NCBI GenBank assembly: GCA_002269645.1
Contig: NIVC01003855.1
Location: forward strand, 1 to 64,000
Source: Macrostomum lignano
Taxonomy: Eukaryota
Direction: 5' to 3'
Length of the DNA: 64,000 bases
The position numbers and the translations under genes were made by a program. The number at the start of each line of letters is the position of its first letter. Position 1 is the first letter of the stretch. Below are positions 12,401-25,285 of the stretch, one piece after another. The notes under the pieces are model-generated. The model saw only the letters and a program-made list of their open reading frames with translations, was not told the DNA's origin and did no database searches.

Positions 12401-15400
12401 CATTACACCCTGAGAGATCTCAACATTACACTCTGGGAGATCCCAGCATTACACCCTGAGAGATCTCAACATTACACTCTGGGAGATCCCAGCATTACAC
12501 CCTGAGAGATCTCAACATTACACTCTGGGAGATCCCAGCATTACACCCTGAGAGATCTCAACATTACACTCTGGGAGATCCCAGCATTACACCCTGGGAG
12601 ATCCCAGCATTACACCCTGAGAGATCTCAACATTACACTCTGGGAGATCCCAGCATTACACCCTGGAAGATCCCAGCATTACACCCTGAGAGATCTCAAC
12701 ATTACACTCTGGGAGATCCCAGCATTACACCCTGAGAGATCTCAACATTACACTCTGGGAGATCCCAGCATTACACCCTGGGAGATCCCAGCATTACACC
12801 CTGAGATATCCCGACATTTCACCCTAAGAGATCTCAACATTACACCCTGAGATATCCCGACTTTACACCCTGAGAGATCTCAACATTACACCCTGAGATA
12901 TCCCGACATTACACCCTTAGAGATCTCAACATTACACACTGAGATATCCCAGCATTACACCCTGAGAGATCTCAACGTTACACCCTGAGATATCCCGACA
13001 TTACACCCTGAGAGATCTCAACATTACACCCTGAGATATCCCAGCATTACACCCTGAGAGATCTCAACGTTACACCCTGAGATATTCCAGCATTACACCC
13101 TGATAGATCTCAACAATACACCCTGAGATATCCCAGCATTACACCCTGAGAGATCTCAACATTACACCCTGAGATATCCCAGCATTACACCCTGAGAGAT
13201 CTCAACATTACACTCTGGGAGATCCCAGCATTACACCCTGAGAGATCTCAACATTACACTCTGGGAGATCCCAGCATTACACCCTGAGAGATCTCAACAT
13301 TACACTCTGGGAGATCCCAGCATTACACCCTGAGAGATCTCAACATTACACTCTGGGAGATCCCAGCATTACACCCTGGGAGATCCCAGCATTACACCCT
13401 GAGAGATCTCAACATTACACTCTGGGAGATCCCAGCATTACACCCTGGAAGATCCCAGCATTACACCCTGAGAGATCTCAACATTACACTCTGGGAGATC
13501 CCAGCATTACACCCTGAGAGATCTCAACATTACACTCTGGGAGATCCCAGCATTACACCGTGGGAGATCCCAGCATTACACCCTGAGATATCCCGACATT
13601 TCACCCTAAGAGATCTCAACATTACACCCTGAGATATCCCAGCATTACACCCTGGAAGATCCCAGCATTACACCCTGGAAGATCCCAGCATTACACCCTG
13701 GAAGATCCCAGCATTACACCCTGAGCTTACAAGAGTAGCCAATTATCTCTCCGCTATATTTTTCATCGCTTGCCCAGGCGGCATCGACTCCAGCAGAAAA
13801 GTCGCATCGGCGGCGGTGGCGGCGGCACGGAAAACAACCGCCTGGACCTGCTAGATACTCAACAGCTTCGCCGTTCTCTAGCCCAGATTTGCCCCCTGAT
13901 TCAGCCGCTGGGCCTACCACAACAGCAGCAGGACGCGGCGGAGTTCTTTGATCTATTATTAGCCGTTCTGTTCGAAGCCAGCAGGAGCGGCAGTAGCGGC
14001 AGCGGTTATGGACTGTCAGACGCCGCCCTGTGGACGCCGTCGTTAGAGCGGCTAAGTCGAGCCTATCCTGATCTGGATCTGATGCGCTCCGCCGATTCCC
14101 GGTTGAGATTGTTGGACTCCGCTAAGCTGGAGGTTACCTACGCGCATCAGCCGGCTTCCATTCAGGCCGGATTAGAGAATCGAGCCTGCTCAGCTTCCCT
14201 GCTCAGACTGGCTAATCTGCACTGGTTGCACAGGCGCTTAGGCGAATGTCGGAGTCCGTTGGCGGCTCTGATTGAAGGTCAAATGATTGATTTGACGCTG
14301 TGCGAATCTTGCCATCGATTGAGAGCCGCTTGCAACGAATTGCGCGCTCTGCTGGTGCCGCTGCCGATGGCCTCGCAAGTCGGGGGAATAGATGTTGAGG
14401 TGAGTACCGGCTCGGCACTATGAATCTCAGATCATTTGTCCTGAATCTTCAATGCTTTATCCTGAATCTCTAATCATTTGTACTGAATCTCCAATCCTGT
14501 ATTCTGAATCTCCAATCAATTATCCTGAATCTCCAATCATGTATCCTGAATCTCCAATCATTTATCCTGAATCTCCAATCATTTATCTTGAATCTCCAAT
14601 CATTTATCTTGAATCTCCTATCATTTATCTTGAATCTCCTATCATTTATCTTGAATCTCCAATGATTTATCCTGAATCTCCAATCATTTATCTTGAATCT
14701 CCAATCATTTATCTTGAATCTCCAATGATTTATCCTGAATCTCCAATCATGTATCCTGAATCTCCAATCATTTATCTTGAATCTCCAATCATTTATCTTG
14801 AATCTCCTATCATTTATCTTGAATCTCCAATCATTTATCTTGAATCTCCAATGATTTATCCTGAATCTCCAATCATGTATCCTGAATCTCCAATCATTTA
14901 TCCTGAATCTCCAATCATTTATCCTGAATCTCCAATCATGTATCCTGAATCTCCAATCGTTTATCTTGAATCTCCAATCATTTATCTTGAATCTCCTATC
15001 ATTTATCTTGAATCTCCAATCATTTATCTTGAATCTCCAATCCTTTATCCTGAATCTCCAATCATGTATCCTGAATCTCCAATTTTTTATCCTGACACTT
15101 AGCCCTTTATCCTGAATGGCGAAGCCTTTATCCTTAAATCTCATATTTGTGTCGCGACTAAACTTAACCGCTGCCTTGAATAATTCTGGGTCTGGACCTC
15201 ACCTGGAGTAATTATATGCACTTTTGCAGCCCGTAAGCCTGTCCGACTGCCTGTCCCGCTGCGTTGGCCAATTAGAAAGCCTCGGCGGTCTCAAATGCAA
15301 TTTCTGCGCCGCGTCAGATGACTCGCCATTGGACGGTAGACACGGCTATCGCCAGGTGCACCCGTCGCAGCAGCACCATCTACAGCGTCGGATGACGTCC

Positions 15401-17216
15401 ACGCCGGTGGCTGCCGGCGGTTTGCTCAGCCCCTTCCACCCGGCCACGCCAATACAGCGCGGCCAGCTGTATCAGAAATGTCAGCTGTTTGGCCGCCTGC
15501 CACGGCTGCTCACCCTGCAGCTGATGCGGTCTGTCCCTGCTGGCGGCGGCAACTCGCATTTGAGCTTGGCTAAGAATGAGCGCCAGGTCTGTGCCTTGAG
15601 GGATCTGTGGTGGCAACCTACTGAAGGATCTGTGGGGAGGGGTGGCAACCTACTGAAGGATCTGTGAGGAGTGGGTGGCAACCTACTGAAGGATCTGTGG
15701 GGAGGGGGTGGCAACCTACTGAAGGATCTGTGAGGAGGGGTGGCAACCTACTGAAGGATCTGTGAGGAGGGGGTGGCAACCTACTGAAGGATCTGTGAGG
15801 AGGGGTGGCAACCTACTGAAGGATCTGTGGGGAGGGGTGGCAACCTACTGAAGGATCTGTGAGGAGTGGGTGGCAACCTACTGAAGGATCTGTGGGGAGG
15901 GGGTGGCAACCTACTGAAGGATCTGTGAGGAGGGGGTGGCAACCTACTGAAGGATCTGTGAGGAGGGGGTGGCAACCTACTGAAGGATCTGTGAGGAGGG
16001 GGTGGCAACCTACTGAAGGATCTGTTGTGGGAAGGGGGTGGCAACCTACTGAAGGATCTGTAGGGAGGGGTGGCAACCTACTAAAGGATCTGTAGGGAGG
16101 GGTAGCAACCTACTGAAGGATCTGTGGGGAGGGTGGCAACCTACTGAAGAATCTGTGAGTAGGGGGTGGCAACCTACTGAAGGATCTGTAGGTAGGGGTG
16201 GCAACCTACTGAAGGATCTGTGGGGAGGGGGTGGCAACCTACTGAAGGATCTGTGAGTAGGGGGTGGCAACCTACTGAAGGATCTGTAGGGAGGGGTGGC
16301 AACCTACTGAAGGATCTGTAGGGAGGGGTGGCAACCTACTGAAGGATCTGTAGGGAGGGGTAGCAACCTACTGAAGGATCTGTGGGGAGGGTGGCAACCT
16401 ACTGAAGGATCTGTGAGTAGGGGGTGGCAACCTACTGAAGGATCTGTAGGGAGGGGTGGCAACCTACTGAAGGATCTGTGGGGAGGGGGTGGCAACCTAC
16501 TGAAGGATCTGTGAGTAGGGGGTGGCAACCTACTGAAGGATCTGTAGGGAGGGGTGGCAACCTACTGAAGGATCTGTAGGGAGGGGTGGCAACCTACTGA
16601 AGGATCTGTAGGGAGGGGTAGCAACCTACTGAAGGATCTGTGGGGAGGGGTAGCAACCTACTGAAGGATCTGTGGGGAGGGTGGCAACCTACTGAAGGAT
16701 CTGTAGGGAGGGTGGCAACCTACTGAAGGATCTTGGAGGTGGCAACCTACTGAAGGATCTGTGGGGAGGGTGGCAACCTACTGAAGGATCTGTGAGGTGG
16801 CAACCTTCTAAAGGATTTGATGTAACTGATGATATACAATCCAGCACATTCCTATGTGGCATACCTATGGTCCTATCAGCTGCATATAAACTAATTTAAT
16901 ATTCGACCTCTGCCATCAGGTGAGAATTCCCATCCGTCTCGACTGCTCAATGCTACTGCTAAGCGAGCATTCCGCAGCGGACGATGACGCAGGTGCTGGC
17001 AGTTCCACAGGCCATCTGTACAGACTGATCGGTGTGCTGCTTCACCACGGCAGCGGCAGCGCAACAAGCGGGCACTACACGGCTCTGTGCCGCTGCAGCG
17101 ACCGCTGGTATCACTGCGACGATCAAAGCGTGACCGATTGCGACAATATTGAACGAATATTAGCTAGCCCAACTGTAGCATCAACTGCCTACTTAATTAT
17201 TTACGAGCTTGAGTAG
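9404..17216 (+). CDS. Ubiquitin-specific protease (peptidase C19/USP) with hydrophobic N-terminus; exons 9404-10023, 13778-14399, 15230-15586, 16920-17216; ~631 aa
   Basis: Cys box GCVNLGSSNSCFMNACLQ, QQQDAAEFF, two CxxC pairs (CESC, CNFC), LPRLLTLQLMR, His box LLHHGSGSATSGHYTA..WYHCDDQSV, terminal AYLIIYE. Canonical splice sites keep frame (phases 2,0,0). Confidence 0.92.
10170..13722 (+). repeat. 23-bp minisatellite organised mainly as an A/B 46-bp dimer, USP intron 1
   Basis: TTACACCCTGAGAGATCTCAACA alternating with TTACACCCTGAGATATCCCGAC(A/T). Confidence 0.95.
14440..15120 (+). repeat. 21-bp minisatellite CCTGAATCTCCAATCATTTAT, USP intron 2
   Basis: Direct inspection. Confidence 0.95.
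15600..16810 (+). repeat. 32-33-bp G-rich minisatellite GGTGGCAACCTACTGAAGGATCTGTGGGGAGG, USP intron 3
   Basis: Direct inspection. Confidence 0.95.
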
Positions 17217-17479
17217 TGTGGTTTGAGTAAGCTTGTCGAAAGTCTGCGTCTATGCATGCTGAGCAGAATGGTCTGTTAAAACTAATTAGCATATCTAAAA
17301 ACCCATTTACTAATAACTATCTAAGTTCCTTAAAAATACCTTGCCCTAAGTGCAGTATTCTTGTCTGAGAATACGTACCTGAAGACCGTCATTGCTTGTG
17401 AATCGCTACCAAGTACATTATTTCTACGTGATAATTATCCCCTAAGTACATAATTCCTACATGACAACTGCCCCCTCCC

Positions 17480-17735
17480 CAAGTACACATCCCTATATGA
17501 GAACTACCCCAGAGTACATTATCCCTATATGAGAACTACCCCAGAGTACATTATCCCTATATGAGAACTACCCCAAAGTACATTATCCCTATATGAGAAC
17601 TACCCCAAAGTACATTATCCCTATATGAGAACTATCCCAGAGTACATTATCCCTATATGAGAACTACCCCAAAGTACATTATTCCTACATGAGAAATACC
17701 CCCAAATACATTATCCCTACATGAGAACTACCCCC
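17480..17735 (+). repeat. 32-bp minisatellite ATCCCTATATGAGAACTACCCCAGAGTACATT
   Basis: Direct inspection. Confidence 0.9.
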
Positions 17736-18305
17736 TCAAGCACATCTTTCTACAAAATCGTATCCAATAACCTTATTAAAGACCATAATTCGCGAAGCTT
17801 AAGTCAACCCTCTGACTCACTTTCAATAGCTTTAGTTTTTTGAAAAGAAAAAAAAATACATTGCTATGTACTTGAGCCTGTGTGTTTTTTCTGTGGTGCT
17901 TCGTCTGCGTAATTTCTGTCACATTTATGTAGCTTAACATACATGTACGTAACTGTTAAACATGCAGGCGTAACATTATTTGCTTTGTTATTTTGTGAAT
18001 GCTTCATGTTGTAAATCGATGGTAAGCCAGCATTATTATTGTTATTTTTATTATTTCTTAAATTCTGCATAAAATCTATTGCGAGTGGTGTTGTTACTGT
18101 TTTCAGGACTCTGTTTACTGCAAAGGACAGAATTTCCAAAATGGGCTGTTAATTTTAGCCACAACTGCTTGAATAGCTGCTCTGAGCAAAACTTATGGCA
18201 AATCGAAACCACCTTTGATATCACACACTCCAAAGGATGTTTTTATATTGGACGATGCATTTGCGTCATTTTCACAGCTGTGGCGTTCAAGATTTGGCTC
18301 AAATT

Positions 18306-19529
18306 GTTGTTGTTGTTAAATGGGGTGGAAGCCGGGAGCTACCCGCGCGCGGATCAGTCCTGGGAGGGGCTCTGCCGCTGAGGGGCACTTCCAGGGGCAT
18401 ATAGCCCGAGATACCCCAAGATTGGACCCTGACGTCTGGGCCAGGGGGAGCTGCCAACCCAAGCCTTATGGACTAAGACACCGCCAACCCAAAAGTGGAA
18501 TTAGGGACGGTGCTAGGACCGAGTCCACCCAAGCCACCACCCAGCGGACAAATCCCGGGAGTGCGCGAAAAAAGAATTGGAAAAATGTTTGGGTCACTAC
18601 ACAGATACTAGAATAACTAGATGGGCCACTCTGCAAATTTGCATGTAAGCTACTTTCAGTTCAGTAGTAAGTCAAACCGAAGCATTTTAATTCATTTTTA
18701 AAGCCACGGCTCATTTTTTAGCTCTTACCCCCCTCGCTTAAACCCTTCAACCGCGCCTTTCCACACTACCCCCTGCCCCGCCCCAATTTTTATTGCCTTT
18801 CTCGGAATTCCAGCCTAAAGCGGCCATGTACATTTCAGTGGACTGGCCAATGTACATTATTGCTAAACCAATTAGCAAGCCGTTTACGCCTGCAAGCTTT
18901 GGGCTTCTAAACCTATCAGTCGTTTCAGCCGCCTTTATTTTATAAAATAGCTATAGTATTCTTCTTTGCTACTGAACTGAAAGTAGAAAGCAGTTTTACT
19001 AAGTACCTATGCCTGAGTGGCCCATCTAGTTATTTTAGTATCTGTTATTATTTTAGTATTTTAGTATCTGTGGGTCACTACTGAAAAGCGGTCCGAGAGC
19101 GGGGAGACCCGAAGTTTACGGAAATCAATGGCTTAATTTTGGAGTGAGTCTGGAAGGCTTGTTTCCGAGTGCAAGTCTCCTATCAGGCCACCAGAAAACC
19201 TATAGGGCTGCAAGCCCAAGGGTATCGCCTATCTAGCTCTATATTGGAGGCCAGGCCAAGGGGTCGGGAAGGCACATGGAGCAAGAGGACCCGGACTCAG
19301 CCGGTATCCCCGATTCGGGACGAACATCAACCCCAGGACTCCAATCCACAGTCAGGATGAGAGCCAAGACGCAAGGGCAGGGAGACAACCAGAGGAGCCA
19401 GCAGATGGACCAAGGAGAGCAAGATGGACCGGGCAGGGAGGGCAGAGCTCATAACTCCGAAATTTTGGAGCGGCATTCGTAGGCCTTACATTAATAAAAG
19501 CACAAAGATAGGATAAAACACTAAGGATA
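18306..19529 (-). mobile_element. Non-LTR retro-type insertion with (AAC)n tail, interrupted by the 18600-19072 MITE
   Basis: 14-bp direct repeat ATTTGGCTCAAATT at 18292-18305 and 19530-19543; (GTT)4 at the left edge; GC-rich interior unlike flanks; no recognisable ORF. Confidence 0.6.
18600..19072. mobile_element. MITE with CACAG...CTGTG ends (P- or hAT-like, 8-bp TSD)
   Basis: TIR CACAGATACTAGAATAACTAGATGGGCCACTC matched at 19015-19045 with a duplicated terminal segment to 19072; TSD GGTCACTA at 18592-18599 and 19073-19080. A decayed relative appears at 2771-2860. Confidence 0.8.
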
Positions 19530-20439
19530 ATTTGGCTCAAATTACAGCACATTTTTTGATATTCTGGTGGTTTACAGTAAATTTGTGCAACATCCATCGT
19601 ACTTGGCATTTTTGTTGCTAAATTAAAACGCAAACTTTGTCAGCAGTAGTAGCACTAATCAGTGTTGCTTGCTTTTTTGCATTTTTTAGTTAATCGCTAA
19701 TGATGTAGTAATATTTTTATTGCGGGTTTAGTTTTGCCTAGACAATAAATATGACGCCAGGCCGAAAGTTATGGCAGCTATATGTAACTTTTTTTAGACT
19801 GGCAAATCAATATTTATTAATAATAATAACTTCATTTATTTTTCTATGCCAAGCTGTAGAATATAATGAATTATTTAATATTTTATTTAGCTTGTTTAAC
19901 TTTCTCTTCTGGATGCTGCTTTTCATATTTTATTCGTCCTGACGTTTGTTTTGGTTGTCAATTGCTAAAATAAATGCTCGATATGGGACTTGGCGAGTCA
20001 ACATTTTGAAAAAAAGCCCAATATTTAAATTTGACAAACTTGTAAACTTAACTTCATATACCGCAGCTATCTGCATATTGACTTTATACTCGTAGTTACT
20101 AAAAAAATTTCATATCTTCCTGATGGCTTCTAAACGCTTTTTTTCAAATAAGTTTGATGCAGCAAGTCCTTTTATTGTCAGCAACGGCGGACGCGTGTTC
20201 AGTCCCGTGATTTCAGTTTCCAAGAATGCGTTCTACGAATTTGTGGAATGTTAAACCGTTTCTCCACGGACATACTAGACTTGGGTTATTTGGATATTTT
20301 ATTGCGTACATACTACTACAATTAAGTAGCACGATTTGAGATTTCAAGTGAGTTTACGCTGTATACTTTTATCGGTCGTTAGTTTAAGCCTTTTTATTTG
20401 CATGAACTATCATATTTCCAGATCCTCATGCAGTTACTG

Positions 20440-21310
20440 AGTCAGCCTTTCAAAGCCTCAGCTACTGAGTCAGCCTCCCAGATAAGTTGCTGGGCCAGTC
20501 TCCCAGATCCTCAGTTGCTGAGCCACCAGCCTCCCAGCCCAGATCCTCAGTTGCTTGACCAGCTTCCCAGATCCTCAGTTGCTGTGCCAGCCTCTAAGAT
20601 CCTCAGTTGCTGGGCCAGCCTCCCAGATCCTCAGCTGCTGGGCCAGCCTCCCAGATCATCAGTCTGAGTCAGCCTCCCAGATCCTCAGCTGCTGGGCCAG
20701 CCTCCCAGATCATCAGTCTGAGTCAGCCTCCCAGATCCTCAGCTGCTGGGCCAGCCTCCCAGATCCTCAGTTGCTAGTCCAGCTTCCCAGATCATCAGTC
20801 TGAGTCAGCCTCCCAGATCCTCAGTTGCTGGGCCAGCCTCCCAGATCCTCAGTTGCTGGGCCAGCCTCCCAGATCCTCAGTTGCTGGGCCAGCCTCCCAG
20901 ATCCTCAGTTGCTGGGCCAGCCTCCCAGATCATCAGTCTGAGTCAGCCTCCCAGATCCTCAGCTGCTGGGCCAGCCTCCCAGATCATCAGTCTGAGTCAG
21001 CCTCCCAGATCCTCAGCTGCTGGGCCAGCCTCCCAGATCATCAGTCTGAGTCAGCCTCCCAGATCCTCAGCTGCTGGGCCAGCCTCCCAGATCCTCAGTT
21101 GCTAGTCCAGCTTCCCAGATCATCAGTCTGAGTCAGCCTCCCAGATACTCAGTTGCTGCATGGGCCAGCCTCCCAGATCCTCAGTTGCTGCATGGGCCAG
21201 CCTCCCAGATCCTCAGTTGCTGAGCCAGCCTCCCAGATCCTCAGTTTCTGAGCCAGCCTCCCAGATCCTCAGTCTGAGTCAGCCTCCCAGATCCTCAGTT
21301 GCTGGGCCAG
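20440..21310 (+). repeat. 28-bp minisatellite GCTGGGCCAGCCTCCCAGATCCTCAGTT (array 1 of 3)
   Basis: Direct inspection. Confidence 0.95.
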
Positions 21311-22229
21311 GGCCAGGGCTACTCTCTCAGGTCTTTATTTACACTGACTTTAATGCAATCTTTTGTTCTATCTGAATTTTTAATAACAGTCCGACAATTC
21401 ATATCAAATATGATCATATGGAAAGGAATGTATGTAAATTTTATTTTGTCGAAGAAAACTTTGAATTGCTTTAGATTTGAGCTAAGTTTCACGAGAAGCC
21501 CTCAATATAGCCGTCAAAGCTGGTATCGGTAAATAAAATATGCTAATTTTATGCTAATTTCATTTCTAAATATTGCCCCGTATGCCGCTCTCAGCAGTGC
21601 AACTTCCTGTGGCACCTTAATTCCTTCTGCTTTAGTTTGACACTTGGCAAGCCTACCTGGTTAAGATATGGCCGTATTTTACAGCAAATACTCCACACAG
21701 AATATTCATTTCCTTTTTAGTCGAAATTCCGCATTGGCTATATTATGTGCTACGCTAAAAAATGGATGACGAATCGCTGGAGAGTTTGCGCTGACATTTC
21801 CTTTGTTTCTCGTCAATAAGTGTTTATTAGTCACGCCTAGGGCTGTTCGGGCGCGTCCTCAATATGAAGCTGCAATTAGCCTTCAACGAGAGGTGTCGCC
21901 ATCTTTCAGGCGTTGGTTGAGAACCTCTGTCAGGTGTCAACAGTAAATTGGAATAGTTTTGGAGGTTCTTGATGCGAGCTGGTTTTCCACAAGTAAGGTT
22001 GCTTGTGAGTAACTGCGCATTAGGCCTTGGCAGTTCTCTAACAGTGACGACAGGCCTGTGCTGGTAAAGGCAAAGGCATCGGGCTAAGGCAAAAATAAGC
22101 AGAACTTTGCCACTTGTTCCACGTACCTTACTGCTGTTGCAGACCCTCACTGAGGATACTAGCTTCTTATACAGCTGGTCTGATAGTTTCTATCCTGACG
22201 ATATGATCCTTATTACCCTGAGTCTCTGA

Positions 22230-22940
22230 TCCCTATTACCCTAAGTCTGATCCATATCATCCCGAATCTCTGATCCATATCATCATGAATCTCTGATCCA
22301 TATCCCGAATCTCTGATCCCTATCATCCCGAATCTCTGATCCCTATCATCCCGAATCTCTGATCCCTATCATCCCGAATCTCTGATCCCTATCATCCCGA
22401 ATCTCGGATCCCTATCCCTATCACCCTGAATCTCTGATCCCTATCATCCCGAATCTCTGATCCCTATCCCTATCACCCTGAATCTCTGATCCCTATCATC
22501 CCGAATCTCTGATCCCTATCCCTATCACCCTGAATCTCGGATCCCTATCATCCCGAATCTCTGATCCCTATCCCTATCACCCTGAATCTCGGATCCCTAT
22601 CATCCCGAATCTCTGATCCCTATCCCTATCACCCTGAATCTCGGATCCCTATCATCCCGAATCTCTGATCCCTATCCCTATCACCCTGAATCTCTGATCC
22701 CTATCATCCCGAATCTCGGATCCCTATCATCCCGAATCTCTGATCCCTATCCCTATCACCCTGAATCTCGGATCCCTATCATCCCGAATCTCTGATCCCT
22801 ATCCCTATCACCCTGAATCTCTGATCCCTATCATCCCGAATTTCTGATCCCTATCATCCCGAATCTCGGATCCCTATCATCCCGAATCTCGGATCCCTAT
22901 CACCCTGAATCTCTGATCCCTATCACCCTGAATCCCTATC
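22230..22940 (+). repeat. 23/29-bp minisatellite CCCGAATCTCTGATCCCTATCAT
   Basis: Direct inspection. Confidence 0.93.
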
Positions 22941-23559
22941 ATCCTATGTCCTGTTCTTACTAAATACTACATTGTACATGTGCCAGATGTACATGAAGAG
23001 CAGGCACCATTTATGTGTACTCAGCAAATACTGGCTCGAAGAGTGACCCGTTTATCGGCTCTGGAAAAGCAAATCTCTCTCCCCAAGGCTTGGCTGAGCT
23101 TCAACCTTGAGTTATACTGCTATCGTGTTCCTTGCTCAAACGGCATTGGTTATAGCTTTGCTTAAGTCTTAGCTGAGAGTCGAATTAAGATTTCGGATGA
23201 GGCTTCTTTGAAGAGCAAAGTTTCCTGGGGAACCAAGCCGTATGCTCATTTGTGGCCGCGGAGAGACGTTTTTGCTCTGGTCTGCGATTCTTGCGCCCAT
23301 ATTGCAAATTATAGTTGCCAAGAGGGCCATAAGGGGAGAGAGAAGTATAACTGTATGGATTAAGACGCTGTATCCTCACTGTACCAAAGAAAACATTCAT
23401 TTGATATGCTGGTGCAGTACTTGTTTCTACAATCTCAAAATATTATTATACATTTTACTGCCATATTTAAAGTATATATTCTAAATTAATATATATTTTA
23501 GCATCACTTCTGTACGTTTTCTTAAGTACGAGGTAGTTACCTGAGCCAACCTCACCCTC

Positions 23560-23945
23560 CCATATCCTCAGTTGCTGGGCCAGCCTCCCAGATCCTCAGT
23601 TGCTGTGCCAGCCTCCCAGATCCTCAGTTGCTGGGCCAGCCTCCCAGATCCTCAGTTGCTGGGCCAGCCTCCCAGATCCTCAGTTGCTGGGCCAGCCTCC
23701 CAGATCCTCAGTTGCTGGGCCAGCCTCCCAGAGTGTCAGTTGCTGGGCCAGCCTCCCAGATCCTCAGTTGCTGGGCCAGCCTCCCAGAGTGTCAGTTGCT
23801 GGGCCAACCTCCCAGAGTTCCAGTTGCTGGACCAGCCTTCCAGATCCTCAGTTGCTGGGCCAGCCTCACAGATCCTCAGTTGCTGGGCCAGCCTCCCAGA
23901 GTGTCAGTTGCTGGGCCAGCCTCACAGATCCTCATTTGCTGGAGC
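23560..23945 (+). repeat. 28-bp minisatellite (array 2 of 3)
   Basis: Same unit as 20440-21310. Confidence 0.93.
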
Positions 23946-24841
23946 AACGCCACTTTTCTATTCAATATATCTTAGAAAGCGTTGTTCCAGAGGAATTCCT
24001 TAAAGTAAAGCTTAGACCATGTTATCTCGGTCGTATGATTCATCAGGTATTAGAAGTTATATCTCTCCTAGTCGCCATCTGCTAAGATTGTTGCTAAGAG
24101 CTTGGCACGGCATCAAATTTGAGATGGCCGCCTGTTCCGCATCTGATGCCACAGCTGGAGAGAGAAGAGTTAGAATTACAAGCGCGCAGCTTGTTTGAGT
24201 TCGTGTTTGACCTAAAAATTGGAATTTGAGCGCAGCAGATTAACTCAGAGCTGGCCTGCAGCGGCTGAAGGTAGAGGGAGGAGATTCAGTAAGGCCTACG
24301 TGAAAATTCGCTTCATGTTCAAGGTTCAAAGCTGAGGCGAGCTAGGTGGGGGGGGAGGGTAAAGCTTATCTGCATTTTATGCACGTTAAGCAATCAAAGA
24401 CTGCTCCATCCTTGCAAATTTTATTTCCAACGTCTCAATACCATAGGCTGTTTGCAAACAGGCCCTTAGGCTTGATTTTAGCTCAGTCTTCAGTGTGAGA
24501 GTGAGCAAATTCACAAATTCACACATTGGCTCCATGCAAAGTAAGGCGATTTCTTAAAATCTTAAAAGGTATTTCTTAAAAAAAAGTCGATGAAGTGTGA
24601 TCGCTTGAGGGTAGGGCAATCCTGAGGCATGCGAGGAAGCAGCTCCCCTTGAGGCGATCACTATGTGATACACTTGTAAGTGTCATTTTTTTTACGCATT
24701 ACCTTTGTCACTTGACAATACCATGAGTTTTTCTAACCTGTACCTTGTAATCCACCTGCTAGTCTTATGCGTTTAAGCTGTTATGAGAATTTTGACGTTT
24801 TTATGTGTTTATCCTGATTAAGTGGCTTAAAGAACCGTAAC

Positions 24842-25285
24842 CCTCCCAGGTCCTCAGTTGCTGGACCAGCCTCCCAGATCCTCAGTTGCTGGACCAGCCT
24901 CCCAGATCCTCAGCTGCTGGGCCAGCCTCCCAGATTGTCAGTTGCTGGGCCGGCCTCCCAGATCCTCAGCTGCTGGGCCAGCCTCCCAGATTGTCAGTTG
25001 CTGGGCCGGCCTCCCAGATCCTCAGCTGCTGGGCCAGCCTCCCAGAATGTCAGTTGCTAGGCCGGCTTCCCAGATCCTCAGTTGCTGGGCCAGCCTCCCA
25101 GAATGTCAGTTTCTAGGCCGGCCTCCCAGATCCTCAGTTGCTGGGCCAGCCTCCCAGAATGTCAGTTGCTAGGCCGGCCTCCCAGATCCTCAGCTGCTGG
25201 GCCAGCCTCCCAGAGTGTCAGTTGCTGGGCCAGCCTCTCGGATCCTCAGCATTTGGGCCAGCCTTCCAGATCTTTAATTGCTGGG
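24842..25285 (+). repeat. 28-bp minisatellite (array 3 of 3)
   Basis: Same unit as 20440-21310. Confidence 0.93.

Noticed and set aside
8480-13722. Regular 23-46-bp arrays as possible CRISPR
   Set aside because: Head-to-tail repeats with no unique spacers, no cas genes, eukaryotic intronic context.
14452-15144. ORFs with YPESPII/RFKINDW repeats, and similar repeat ORFs at 15.8-16.5, 20.4-25.3, 30.1-31.0, 37.5-39.3, 43.5-44.0 and 48.3-49.0 kb
   Set aside because: Minisatellites whose units lack stops in some frame; they sit inside introns of well-supported genes or have no splice or homology support.
16820-16840. CTGATGA motifs (also ~58444) as hammerhead ribozyme cores
   Set aside because: No supporting stems or correctly placed GAAA seen.
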